Assembly: GCA_002392285.1 (NCBI GenBank)
Contig: DGGR01000002.1
Coordinates: 1 to 21,322, forward strand
Source of the DNA: Verrucomicrobia bacterium UBA3869
Lineage (GTDB): Bacteria > Verrucomicrobiota > Verrucomicrobiia > Opitutales > UBA9783
Length of the DNA: 21,322 bases
Direction: 5' to 3'
The translations under genes and the position numbers were made by a program. Positions 7,951 to 17,381 of the stretch are shown here, piece by piece; position 1 is the first letter of the stretch, and every line of letters starts with the position of its first letter. Below the pieces are notes generated by a model. The model did no database searches. It was not told where the DNA came from and was given only the letters and a program-made list of their open reading frames with translations.

Positions 7951-8045
7951 CCAGAAAAACGCCCCTATTGCTTAACCTATTAAGGCAATCATCGATACAA
8001 AAAAGCTTTGATTATCTAAAAAAGGCATACTATGATGCAAAGGAT

Positions 8046-9836
8046 ATGGTACGAGAGTTAAACAAACGCACGCATCATTGTGGTGCTTTAAGGAAAAGTG
8101 ACCAAGGGCAATCCGTCCTGTTAATCGGTTGGATACAGCATATCAGAGACCATGGAGGGCTTTGTTTTATTGACTTACGGGATCGCGAAGGAATCACTCA
8201 GCTCGTCCTTAACCCCCAACAATTATCGTCGGTGATCGATCAATTAAAGCCAGAGTCGGTGATTGAAGCGCATGGAACGGTAGCCTTACGCCCACAAGAC
8301 ACCATAAACAAAAATTTACCAACCGGTGAGATTGAAGTAAACGTAAGCGAGGTTATCATACACAATATTTGCCAAACCTTGCCCTTCCCATTGGATGAAA
8401 AAGCGCAAAATGTTAGCGAAGATACGCGCTTAACTTATCGTTATTTGGATTTACGGAGAAGCGTGAACCAAAAACGTTTACAGTTGCGTCATCGTGCCGC
8501 GCATGTAATCCGTAACTACCTTGACCAAAATGGCTTTTTGGAAGTAGAGCTTCCGGTATTATTTAAAAGCACCCCTGAAGGAGCACGCGAATTCTTGGTT
8601 CCAAGCCGCTTAAACCCGGGTCAATGTTATGCCTTAACGCAATCGCCTCAGCAGTATAAGCAAATGTTGATGGTCGCTGGAATTGAGCGTTATTTCTCGT
8701 TTGCAAAATGTTTCCGCGATGAGGATTTACGGGCTGATCGGCAACCGGAATTTACGCAAATCGACCTAGAGGCTTCGTTCATCGACCGCGAAGATGTATA
8801 TCCTTTGATGGAAGGCTTGATTCATACGTTATGGAAAAACTGCTTAGATGTAGATATTCCAATCCCCTTTCCACGGCTATCGTTCCAGGACGTCATGAAT
8901 CGTTACGGTTCTGACAAGCCCGATCGTCGATTTGGTCTGGAAATTCAAGATGTTAGCGAGCTATTTAAGAACTCGAATTTCAATGTATTTGCCAAAACAG
9001 TTCAAAATAGCGGCGTCATTAAAGCCTTAAAGGTGGAAAATTTCGCCGATATGACAGCTGGCGAACTGAAGGAGTTGGAAGAAAGCGCAAAGCAGATGGG
9101 CGCGCAAGGGTTAGCTTTTATCAAAGTTACCCAGCAAGAATGGAAATCCCCCATCGTTAAATTCCTATCCGACGATGAAAAACAAGGCTTAACCCAAACG
9201 CTCCAGTTGCACGATAACGACTGTGTGTTCTTTATGGCGGATAAATGGGAACAGGCCTGCACGGTATTGGGCAAAATTCGCTTAGAAATCAGTAAAATCC
9301 TAGTAAAACGCGGAAGTTTATCGATTTCAGATACGGATTACCAATTCCTATGGGTCGTAGATTTTCCGCTGTTGACCTATGATCCCGAACAAGCAAAGTT
9401 TGTAGCCACGCACCATCCATTTACAGCCCCGGTTAAAGAAGATATTCCTTTGTTGAAAACAGACCCGTATAAAGTCCGTGGTCAGCATTATGATTTGGTG
9501 CTGAATGGAATTGAGTTAGGCGGCGGCAGCATTCGTATCCACAATCCAGAACTACAGCGCTTTATCTTCGAGCAAATCATTAAAATTCCAGCTGATAAGG
9601 TACAGGATCGCTTTGGTTATATGCTAAAAGCCTTTTCGTTTGGAGCGCCTCCACACGGCGGTATTGCCCTTGGATTTGATCGCTTGGTAGCGTTAATGTC
9701 TGGAACGCATAGCATTCGTGATGTTATTGCCTTCCCCAAGACCCAAAAAGGACAAGACCTTATGTCGAACAGCCCAAGTACGGTCGACGCACAACAATTA
9801 CGCACCTTGGGATTAAAAGCATTGCCTACAACTTAA
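8046..9836 (+). CDS. aspS: Aspartate--tRNA ligase
   Basis: Class IIb motifs are present: RTHHCGALR at the N-terminus, FRDEDLRADRQPEFTQID, GGGSIRIH and PPHGGIALGFDRLVALM. I place the start at ATG 8046 (MVRELNKRTHHCG), which matches the canonical AspRS N-terminus. The track start at TTG 7968 would add 26 aa with no counterpart. Confidence 0.93.
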   Translation: MVRELNKRTHHCGALRKSDQGQSVLLIGWIQHIRDHGGLCFIDLRDREGITQLVLNPQQLSSVIDQLKPESVIEAHGTVALRPQDTINKNLPTGEIEVNVSEVIIHNICQTLPFPLDEKAQNVSEDTRLTYRYLDLRRSVNQKRLQLRHRAAHVIRNYLDQNGFLEVELPVLFKSTPEGAREFLVPSRLNPGQCYALTQSPQQYKQMLMVAGIERYFSFAKCFRDEDLRADRQPEFTQIDLEASFIDREDVYPLMEGLIHTLWKNCLDVDIPIPFPRLSFQDVMNRYGSDKPDRRFGLEIQDVSELFKNSNFNVFAKTVQNSGVIKALKVENFADMTAGELKELEESAKQMGAQGLAFIKVTQQEWKSPIVKFLSDDEKQGLTQTLQLHDNDCVFFMADKWEQACTVLGKIRLEISKILVKRGSLSISDTDYQFLWVVDFPLLTYDPEQAKFVATHHPFTAPVKEDIPLLKTDPYKVRGQHYDLVLNGIELGGGSIRIHNPELQRFIFEQIIKIPADKVQDRFGYMLKAFSFGAPPHGGIALGFDRLVALMSGTHSIRDVIAFPKTQKGQDLMSNSPSTVDAQQLRTLGLKALPTT

Positions 9837-9848
9837 CGCATTAAATTC

Positions 9849-10556
9849 ATGGAATCACAACCATCCACCGTTCCCAATCCTCCCCTGCAACATATTGCAT
9901 TTATTCTCGATGGGAATGGTCGTTGGGCCAAGCAACGCAATTTGATACGAACCGAAGGGCACAAAGCTGGCGCTAAGCGCGTTCAGGAAATCGTTAAGTA
10001 TGCATTTCAGCAGCACAACATTCCCTATATTACGCTCTATGCCTTTTCAACTGAGAACTGGTCGCGTTCGAAAATGGAAGTTCATGCCATCTTCCAAATC
10101 ATGAAGCATTTTTTAAAAGAACGACGCCCCGCACTAATCAAAAACAAAATCAGGCTAAAGACCATAGGAGATATCACGCGTCTGCCCAAGTCGCTGCAAA
10201 AATTGCTTAACGAGGTTATAGAGGAAACAGCAGGATTCACGCACCATACACTGTGCATCGCGCTTAATTATGGAGCACGCGAAGAAATTATGCATGCCAT
10301 CCGTTCGTTGCCAAAAGGGAGAAATGTAACCGAATGGAAGGATATAGAACCGTATTTGTACACAGCAGGCATCCCTGATCCGGATTTAATCGTGCGCACA
10401 TCCGGCGAACAACGGTTGAGCAATTTCCTGCTGCTACAGGCAGCCTACAGCGAGTTTTATTTCACGCCTACCTACTGGCCGGATTTTGATGAAAAAGCAC
10501 TGGATAAGGCGTTGGATGATTACGCACACCGTACCCGTCGTTTTGGAGGTTCATGA
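9849..10556 (+). CDS. uppS: Undecaprenyl-diphosphate synthase (cis-prenyltransferase)
   Basis: 235 aa with HIAFILDGNGRWAK, EGHKAG, TLYAFSTENWSR and DLIVRTSGEQRLSNFLLLQAAYSEFYFTPTYWPDF. It starts 12 nt after the aspS stop. Confidence 0.95.
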   Translation: MESQPSTVPNPPLQHIAFILDGNGRWAKQRNLIRTEGHKAGAKRVQEIVKYAFQQHNIPYITLYAFSTENWSRSKMEVHAIFQIMKHFLKERRPALIKNKIRLKTIGDITRLPKSLQKLLNEVIEETAGFTHHTLCIALNYGAREEIMHAIRSLPKGRNVTEWKDIEPYLYTAGIPDPDLIVRTSGEQRLSNFLLLQAAYSEFYFTPTYWPDFDEKALDKALDDYAHRTRRFGGS

Positions 10557-11365
10557 TGATACAAACGCGCATTAAAAGTTCGATTGTCATCTGGGGAACC
10601 TTGCTTGCTTTGATGGTTGCATTACACTCCTTTGGCATCCTTTTAGCAACGCTACTGATCGCTTTTTGTGCTATCACGGAATACAATCAAATCACGCAAG
10701 TAAATCCGTTAACCGGACGTGTTACCACCCTCATCTCGTTAGCATTTTTATTAATTTACTACACCTGCGCTCATTTCCCTGGCGATTCAATCGATTGGTT
10801 GTATCTAGGGGTCATTGCATTTTTATGCCATTGGAACTTATTCATAGAACCCTCCGCAAGAACCCTTTTCCTATCGCTCTTCCAATTCCTTTATATCCCT
10901 TTTAATTTGCATTTTTTCATCAAAATCATCAAGCATTACCAATGGTCGTCTCAGGGATTATGGGTTATCGGTTGGCTCGTCTGCATCACCAAAATGACCG
11001 ATGTCGGCGGTTATTTCATTGGAACACATTTTGGGAAAACTCCCCTTGCGCCTTCCGTAAGCCCACATAAAACCGTTGAGGGAATCTATGGCGGATTTAT
11101 ATTTGCAATCATCACCAGTTGGATCTATCGTGCGTTTTTTGGCACCCATTTACCCGCAATGCATTGGATAACATCCTTGGGATTTATCTTAATTCTTTCT
11201 TGGAGCAGCATCCTGTCAGACCTAATAGAATCGCTCATCAAACGTTACTTTTCGGTCAAAGATTCCAGTCAATTGCTACCGGGCGTCGGAGGCATTTTAG
11301 ATTTAGTAGACAGCCTGCTATTAAGCATCCCCTTAGCTTATTTTCTCATCAAGCACTTTTTCTAA
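10553..11365 (+). CDS. cdsA: CdsA-family phosphatidate cytidylyltransferase-like membrane protein with a divergent signature
   Basis: 270 aa and polytopic. It has a 4-nt ATGA overlap with uppS. The C-terminal family signature is present as SLIKRYFSVKDSSQLLPGVGGILDLVDS, but His is replaced by Val and Arg by Leu relative to the canonical PGHGG..DR.D. Confidence 0.75.
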   Translation: MMIQTRIKSSIVIWGTLLALMVALHSFGILLATLLIAFCAITEYNQITQVNPLTGRVTTLISLAFLLIYYTCAHFPGDSIDWLYLGVIAFLCHWNLFIEPSARTLFLSLFQFLYIPFNLHFFIKIIKHYQWSSQGLWVIGWLVCITKMTDVGGYFIGTHFGKTPLAPSVSPHKTVEGIYGGFIFAIITSWIYRAFFGTHLPAMHWITSLGFILILSWSSILSDLIESLIKRYFSVKDSSQLLPGVGGILDLVDSLLLSIPLAYFLIKHFF

Positions 11366-11424
11366 ATTCAGTCGCTAGCTGATTGACATTAGGCTTGGAT
11401 TTTTATCCAATAAAGCACAGTTAA

Positions 11425-11499
11425 GCTTTCGTCGTTCAATGGATAGGACTTCGGCCTCCGGAGCCGACGATTCGGGTTCGAGTCCCGACGGAAGCGCCA
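11425..11499 (+). tRNA. tRNA-Arg (anticodon CCG), CCA encoded
   Basis: The cloverleaf was folded by hand. Acceptor stem: GCTTTCG/CGGAAGC, with one G-U pair. D arm: GTTC-AATGGATA-GGAC. Anticodon arm: TCGGC-CTCCGGA-GCCGA, anticodon CCG at 11458-11460. Variable loop: CGAT. T arm: TCGGG-TTCGAGT-CCCGA. The discriminator is G, followed by CCA at 11497-11499. Confidence 0.9.
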
Positions 11500-11524
11500 A
11501 AGAAAACCTAAATTTCTAGGCGGC

Positions 11525-13252
11525 TTATTTAACTTCCATCAATTTTTTAAGCGATTGTATTTCGTCATTAGCACCCAACCAATTACCCCAAATAAAATTC
11601 CACAGGGCTACGGGAAGCCGCACTTGGATAACGTACTCTGTTGAGTTTTTGTAAAATTGTTTTATCCGAATGGAGTTATTCGATACGCTTGAAAAACGTT
11701 TATCGAAATAATCGACCACAGAAACCGCTGGAGCGTAAGAACGGGTCGATAAGTTCGGATGATCTAACAAGTAATCCAGTCCGTTTTTCAAATCCTGAAG
11801 TTTTTTGGAAATAATCACATACTGTTTGTACACGCTAAACAACGCAAAGGGTTGATTGTTTAGTTCAGAACGAGCGCTTAGCCCATAAATAGGATACGTA
11901 CGGTACGTCAAAACTTGCTGCTTTGTGCACAAAAACGGTTGTACCGAAGCATTAGGATCAATACCCCAGGCTCGCGCCATACACGGATTCCATGTATTTT
12001 CGATAAACTGGTCTACCGACTGAATAACCTTTGTACTAGCCAAGCTGGGCATAAATTGCGTTTCCAAGACCTCCACCATGCGATCATCGCTCAACACAAA
12101 CAATTGATCATTGCCCGTAAAAACCTCATTGCACGTCCTCAAAAAACATTGAACCAGGGGATACAGCATCTGAACCTTAGCATGGCAGTGTTTCACAACC
12201 CGGTCGTTAGAAGCCTTTGCGATAAGCTCTAATCTGCTGTAACAGTCATCTAAATACTGCCTTAATCCATCGAAATTCAAGTGATTACTTTCGTAAATCG
12301 TGCAATCCATGAATTTTGATAGGGAGCGATGAGAAGCTACCCGATTGGAATCATGCTGAAAATAACGCCCTAAGGGGGTTGAGGGTTCGGCAGAAAAGCT
12401 ACCTTCTAGAGTTATATATTCCTCATCTTGTTCAAAACGACACGTGCAGCGTAATCCATCTTTAATAAAAGTATCGAATAGTGCCTGAAGAATAGAAAAC
12501 GGAGCCAATTGCCTGACTACATCCATATTAACCGCACAATGAACCCCGTTCGCGCATCTCCCGTAACGTTTTAAGTCGGTTAAGCCATCAGGTAAGTCTT
12601 TCACCCATGCGTCCGGACCATAAACATAGAGCTGATAATCATCATCCTGCTTCGACCCTTGTGATTGCAACGTATAACCGGATATGGGGACCAAAGCTAG
12701 TGTACGAACCACCTGGCTTTCGGGCTGAGCCTTAAACACAAATACCGGTTCCAAACCCCAAGCCATACTGGGAAACAAATGTACACAGCAAGCCGTTTCT
12801 GAATCCAAACCAACATAAGGCTCACTGCCTAAAAATCCCGTTAATACAAACGGCGCAACCAATTCAGTTCCTGGAAACACCAGGTCTGCAAATTTAAGCA
12901 ATTGCTTAACTCCATCCTGTAAATTGTGGCTATACATTGTAACAATGGGCTTTCGCGGTAATTGAGCATAACGCTCTAAAAAGCGCATTACACCATCATA
13001 AACCAGCCCTTCCCAGTCTATTGTCGAGTACCAAGGTACATCAAACGACACCCTGAGGGCTTTCTGAGGAAAAACGCTGAGACCAGAATAAACCCAATCA
13101 TTTTTGGTGCTAACGGGGAGTTGTACGCTTCGCGCCTGCTTTTGAAGGACAAGGAATGGCCGTTCTATCAACCGCACATGTTCGTAATCCACAGAAGCCG
13201 GTTGGTAGGTACATACAATCAAACTGAGTAAATAGGCAAATAATTCGTCCAC
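11525..13252 (-). CDS. Hypothetical protein, 575 aa, no recognisable family
   Basis: A long uninterrupted ORF, the only long one in this interval, starting at an ATG. I count 14 Cys. I see no obvious signal peptide, TM bundle or catalytic motif. It is oriented opposite to the flanking + strand housekeeping genes. Confidence 0.7.
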   Translation of the reverse strand: MDELFAYLLSLIVCTYQPASVDYEHVRLIERPFLVLQKQARSVQLPVSTKNDWVYSGLSVFPQKALRVSFDVPWYSTIDWEGLVYDGVMRFLERYAQLPRKPIVTMYSHNLQDGVKQLLKFADLVFPGTELVAPFVLTGFLGSEPYVGLDSETACCVHLFPSMAWGLEPVFVFKAQPESQVVRTLALVPISGYTLQSQGSKQDDDYQLYVYGPDAWVKDLPDGLTDLKRYGRCANGVHCAVNMDVVRQLAPFSILQALFDTFIKDGLRCTCRFEQDEEYITLEGSFSAEPSTPLGRYFQHDSNRVASHRSLSKFMDCTIYESNHLNFDGLRQYLDDCYSRLELIAKASNDRVVKHCHAKVQMLYPLVQCFLRTCNEVFTGNDQLFVLSDDRMVEVLETQFMPSLASTKVIQSVDQFIENTWNPCMARAWGIDPNASVQPFLCTKQQVLTYRTYPIYGLSARSELNNQPFALFSVYKQYVIISKKLQDLKNGLDYLLDHPNLSTRSYAPAVSVVDYFDKRFSSVSNNSIRIKQFYKNSTEYVIQVRLPVALWNFIWGNWLGANDEIQSLKKLMEVK

Positions 13253-13420
13253 AATTTAACAACTAAACTCTTTAGGAAAATTAACGTTTTACCCAAACTG
13301 TAAGCTATCAGCATGCCAAACGCAATCACGAAAAGGAATTGCCTTCGTTCCAATGCACATTAAAAACCAACTATAAGGCTGGACGTGCTTACAAAATTCA
13401 TTCATAGTAAAGCCAAAGCT

Positions 13421-16069
13421 ATGAATGAACAGCGTTGTTTAGGGAAATCCTATCTGCATGATAGCATTCAAAACAAATGGAATCAGCGTTGGCAAAAAGA
13501 ACACTGCTTCGAATTTAAAGCAGGCTCTTCACAACCCACTTTTACCGTTTTAATGCCCCCTCCTAACATTACTGGCATCCTGCATATGGGACACATGCTT
13601 AACGACACCCTGCAGGACATTCTCTGCCGCTGGGAACGCCTTCAAGGAAAAAATGTTCTTTGGATTCCGGGAACCGATCATTCCGGTATTGCAACACAAA
13701 CCAAGGTAGAAAAAATCTTAAAAGCAGAATCAGGCGTCACCCGTCAACAATTAGGACGCACAGCTTTTTTGGAACGCGTCGAGCAATGGCGCAACAAGTA
13801 TGGCACAATCATTTTTGAACAACTCAAGACCTTAGGGGTTTCTTGCGATTGGACGAAAGAAACCTATACCCTAGACCCAGAATACAGAAAACTCGTACAA
13901 AGCACCTTTGTTAAGCTTTACGAGCGCGGGTACATCTACAAAGGTAAACGCTTGGTCAATTGGTGCCCGGTTTCGCAAACTGCTCTCAGTGATGAAGAAG
14001 TATTGATGAAACCAACCGAAGGTAAATTATATACCATACGTTACGCGTTGGTAGAACATCCAGATCGCTTCATTGAAATTGCTACGACACGACCTGAAAC
14101 CATCATGGGGGATACCGCCATTGCAGTTCATCCCGATGACCCACGCTATACAAAGCTCATTGGGCATTACGTACGCTGCCCCTTCGATGCTCAACGCACA
14201 ATCCCCATTATTGGAGATGCTGCTGTAGAACAAGATTTTGGTACAGGAGCCTTAAAAATCACCCCTGCTCACGATCCAACCGACTTTGAAGTTGGTAAAC
14301 GCCATCAATTACCGTTCATTGAAGTTATCGATGCAAGCGGCCACATTAACCAACAAGGCGCGCCGTTCGAAGGAATGGATCGCATGGAAGCAAGACAGGC
14401 CGTGGTTGATGCTTTGCGAGAAAAAGGGCTGTTGGTGAAAGAAGAGGCTTATCATCATTCGGTAGGGTATTCCGAACGCGCAAATGTACCAATTGAGCCC
14501 CGCTTATCGAAACAATGGTTTTTACGTTACCCCAAGACCGAAGAAGCCAAAAAACTTGCGACCCAAAGCTTGATTCAATTTATCCCTGAGCACTGGATTA
14601 AAACTTATCTGCATTGGCTCGATAACCTGCAAGATTGGTGCATCAGCCGTCAATTGTGGTGGGGACATCGCATACCGGTTTGGTACAACAAACAGGAACC
14701 AACGCGCCTGCATGTTTCGGTTACGCCGCCCAGCGACCCTGATAATTGGATTCAGGACCCTGATGTGTTGGATACGTGGTTTTCCTCTTGGTTATGGCCT
14801 ATTGGTACTCTAAAGTGCCATTCAACCGCAACCATGGATTTACTGAAGTTAGCGCTACCAACCGACATTTTGGTATCCGGCTCCGACATCCTATTCTTCT
14901 GGATTACGCGCATGCTCATCGCCACATTGGAATTGCTAGAAGATAGGCCCATAGAACAACGTATTCCGTTCAAAAAAATCTATTTAACCGGTATTGTTCG
15001 CGATTCCCTAGGCCGCAAAATGTCGAAAAGCCTAGGTAATTCGCCCGACCCTGTTGATTTAATCCATAAATACGGGGCTGATGGCGTGCGCATCGGCTTA
15101 ATTTCGATTGCTCCTCAAGGACTCGATATCCGCTTTGACGAACAGGCGCTGATTCAGGGGCGCAATTTCTGCACTAAATTGTGGAATGCCTGCCGTTACC
15201 GCACCTTGCAAAGTGCATGTGGTTGCTATAACACTTTGGATGATTACTTCACGGCGATTTCAGCTAAGGACTTATCGCTTTATGACCGTCATTTACTCCA
15301 TCAACTTTCGAAGCTTATAAAGGCTCATGTTGCGTATTTCCAACAATGTGCGTTTACACCAGCTATCAAAGCCTTGCAGCAAGGATTTCGTGACCTGTTC
15401 TGCGATTGGTATCTGGAGGTTCAAAAGCAACAATTGGCGCCTAATTTCCCGGTTCAAGACCTGTTTTTACGCCAAACACTTCTGTTGCTACATCCCTATG
15501 CTCCTTATATTACTGAAGAGCTTTGGGAACAGCTACACTTAGGCGAAGGCTTAATTCACACAGCCGAACTTGGCTTGGAGCGCATAGAACAATGGATTCA
15601 AACGCTCAACGCTCCTCATACGCAGGCTATTGATTCTATCGAATGCTTACGTCAGTTGGTGGGCGAACTGCGGTCATTTAAATCGGAACAGAATGTACAA
15701 TCCCCGGTTATCTATGGCATTTTGAATGAACATTATGCGTCTTTGTACCAGCAACAACAGGCATTAATCATAAAACTCGTTGGACTTAAAGACCTACAGT
15801 GGATTTCCAAACCGCTACGGGGTGCTGCTCAAAAGGTATTAACCAGCGGAAGCTTTTTCATTGAATCGAACACGGTTAATGAATCGCTGAACACGGAACA
15901 AATTCAGCAAGCCATTGCAACACTAACCCAGCATATTCAAACAGCGAACCAAAAGCTTAACAATCAGCAGTTCTTAGCTCACGCTCCTAAAGCAGTTATC
16001 GATGGGGTTCAGCGCCAACTCGACGAAAACCGTAAAAAGTTAGAAACTCTACAAAAGCTCTTAGGTTAA
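13421..16069 (+). CDS. valS: Valine--tRNA ligase
   Basis: Class I motifs are present: PPPNITGILHMGH (HIGH), TRPETIMGD, WCISRQLWWGHRIP and GRKMSKSLGNS (KMSKS), plus a C-terminal coiled coil. I place the start at ATG 13421 (MNEQ...). The track start at GTG 13385 has an AAGG about 6 nt upstream and remains an alternative. Confidence 0.93.
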   Translation: MNEQRCLGKSYLHDSIQNKWNQRWQKEHCFEFKAGSSQPTFTVLMPPPNITGILHMGHMLNDTLQDILCRWERLQGKNVLWIPGTDHSGIATQTKVEKILKAESGVTRQQLGRTAFLERVEQWRNKYGTIIFEQLKTLGVSCDWTKETYTLDPEYRKLVQSTFVKLYERGYIYKGKRLVNWCPVSQTALSDEEVLMKPTEGKLYTIRYALVEHPDRFIEIATTRPETIMGDTAIAVHPDDPRYTKLIGHYVRCPFDAQRTIPIIGDAAVEQDFGTGALKITPAHDPTDFEVGKRHQLPFIEVIDASGHINQQGAPFEGMDRMEARQAVVDALREKGLLVKEEAYHHSVGYSERANVPIEPRLSKQWFLRYPKTEEAKKLATQSLIQFIPEHWIKTYLHWLDNLQDWCISRQLWWGHRIPVWYNKQEPTRLHVSVTPPSDPDNWIQDPDVLDTWFSSWLWPIGTLKCHSTATMDLLKLALPTDILVSGSDILFFWITRMLIATLELLEDRPIEQRIPFKKIYLTGIVRDSLGRKMSKSLGNSPDPVDLIHKYGADGVRIGLISIAPQGLDIRFDEQALIQGRNFCTKLWNACRYRTLQSACGCYNTLDDYFTAISAKDLSLYDRHLLHQLSKLIKAHVAYFQQCAFTPAIKALQQGFRDLFCDWYLEVQKQQLAPNFPVQDLFLRQTLLLLHPYAPYITEELWEQLHLGEGLIHTAELGLERIEQWIQTLNAPHTQAIDSIECLRQLVGELRSFKSEQNVQSPVIYGILNEHYASLYQQQQALIIKLVGLKDLQWISKPLRGAAQKVLTSGSFFIESNTVNESLNTEQIQQAIATLTQHIQTANQKLNNQQFLAHAPKAVIDGVQRQLDENRKKLETLQKLLG

Positions 16070-16121
16070 AGCCTATTTTTGGCTTGCAAAAGCGAAGACT
16101 AGACGCTTGGATGATATTATA

Positions 16122-17375
16122 ATGGATCGTTCTTTGTTGCAACGTATTGTTATTACCGGTGTTGGGTTAACAGCGCCTAATGGCAATTCTCTAACTGAGT
16201 TCCGCAAACATTTATTGGAAGGGTATTCCCGTATCCAACGCATCGACATGCGTTATATGGGTCTTGTGCTCGCCGGCGTATGTGCTTTCAATGCAAATGA
16301 GTATCAAACCTCAAAAGAGGTACGTATCGGAACCCGTGCAGGTTCTATTGGAATTTATTGCGCCCACAAAGCGCTTGAAGATAGCAAGTTGGCGGTAGAA
16401 CAATTGGATCGCAACCGTATTGGAACCTATATTGGTATTACCGAGCATGGCAATGTAGAAACGGAAAATGAAGTATACGAAATTTCAAAGTTTGGTTACG
16501 ATACCAAGTTTTGGAACCATCACCATAATCCGCGCACGGTTGCTAACAACCCAGCTGGTGAAATTTCCATTAATTTGGGCATTACAGGCCCTCATTATAC
16601 CATCGGTGGAGCTTGCGCTGGAGGCAACCTTGGAATCATTCAAGGGGTACAAATGCTCCGCTTGAATGAAGTCGATATAGCGCTTGTCGGTGGAGTCAGT
16701 GAAAGCATTCATACCTTTGGTATTTTTGCTGGATTTAAAAACCAAGGAGCGTTAGCAGAACATGCAGATCCCAACAAAGCCAGCCGTCCATTCGATGAGG
16801 CGCGCAATGGGATTGTTATTAGCGAAGGCGGATGTATTTTTGTCTTAGAGCGTTTGGAATCCGCACTGAAACGCCAAGCCCCAATCTATGGAGAAATAGT
16901 AGGCTATGGCGTCAATTCCGATGCAGATAATACGGTGCTTCCCAACAGCCAACGCCAAGCGGAATGCATTCAGTTAGCTTTAGCAAAAGCCAATTTAAAG
17001 CCATCGGATATTGATATTGTTAATACCCATGCTACCTCAACGGTTTTAGGCGACCGCAAAGAATGTGAAGCATTAAGGCAAGTATTTACAGAAGCCCCCA
17101 ATACGCATTTTAACAACACAAAAAGTTTTATAGGTCATACTATGGGAGCAGCAGGTGCGCTCGAATTGGCAGGAAACTTGCCTTCTTTTGAAGATAAACA
17201 GGTACATCCTACCATCAATGTTGAGCACTTGGATCCGTCCTGTAATCTAAACAATTTAGTCATAAACCAACCGAAATCTTTACCCGCAGTTAATACCATT
17301 CTTAACAATTCTTTTGGCATGATGGGAATTAACTCGGTGGTCATTGTTCGGCGTTGTGACTCTAATTCTTTTTAA
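16122..17375 (+). CDS. Beta-ketoacyl-ACP synthase, KAS I/II (FabF-like) family
   Basis: The Cys-His-His triad context is intact: GGACAGG (Cys), NTHATSTVLGD (His1), NNTKSFIGHTMGAAG (Lys/His2) and NNSFGMMGINS. The N-terminus is RIVITGVGLTAPNG. The start is ATG 16122, with TTG 16107 as an alternative. Confidence 0.85.
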   Translation: MDRSLLQRIVITGVGLTAPNGNSLTEFRKHLLEGYSRIQRIDMRYMGLVLAGVCAFNANEYQTSKEVRIGTRAGSIGIYCAHKALEDSKLAVEQLDRNRIGTYIGITEHGNVETENEVYEISKFGYDTKFWNHHHNPRTVANNPAGEISINLGITGPHYTIGGACAGGNLGIIQGVQMLRLNEVDIALVGGVSESIHTFGIFAGFKNQGALAEHADPNKASRPFDEARNGIVISEGGCIFVLERLESALKRQAPIYGEIVGYGVNSDADNTVLPNSQRQAECIQLALAKANLKPSDIDIVNTHATSTVLGDRKECEALRQVFTEAPNTHFNNTKSFIGHTMGAAGALELAGNLPSFEDKQVHPTINVEHLDPSCNLNNLVINQPKSLPAVNTILNNSFGMMGINSVVIVRRCDSNSF

Positions 17376-17381
17376 CAAACT

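Noticed and set aside
7968-8045. 26-aa N-terminal extension of aspS from TTG 7968
   Set aside because: Canonical AspRS begins a few residues before the RT.YCG motif, which ATG 8046 provides. No Shine-Dalgarno-like sequence precedes TTG 7968. It is kept only as an alternative start.
11383-11424. TTGACA at 11383-11388 as a promoter for the tRNA gene
   Set aside because: No acceptable -10 hexamer lies at 16-19 nt spacing (TCCAAT at 17 nt). The tRNA may instead be processed from the aspS-uppS-cdsA transcript.
13385-13420. 12-aa extension of valS from GTG 13385, and the analogous 5-aa extension of the KAS gene from TTG 16107
   Set aside because: Internal ATG starts give N-termini of the usual length. 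However, GTG 13385 has an AAGG about 6 nt upstream, so this rejection is soft.
11366-13420. tRNA-Arg as an integration site, with the 575-aa gene as cargo of a mobile element
   Set aside because: There is no integrase, transposase or other mobility gene. I found no direct repeat of the tRNA 3' end in 13253-13420; the only match is a 7-nt GCCAAAG, which is likely chance. A single-gene indel cannot be excluded without comparative genomes.
13253-13420. Leader elements (T-box or riboswitch) or a 16-codon uORF (ATG 13313) upstream of valS; similarly upstream of aspS and pheS
   Set aside because: I found no specifier-loop or T-box-like conserved sequence and no antiterminator/terminator pair. The uORF has no Shine-Dalgarno sequence and is short enough to arise by chance.
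16067-16106. Terminator after valS (AAGCC-tattttt-GGCTT, 16069-16085)
   Set aside because: The stem is only 5 bp and no U-tract follows. valS may read through into the KAS-ACP genes.
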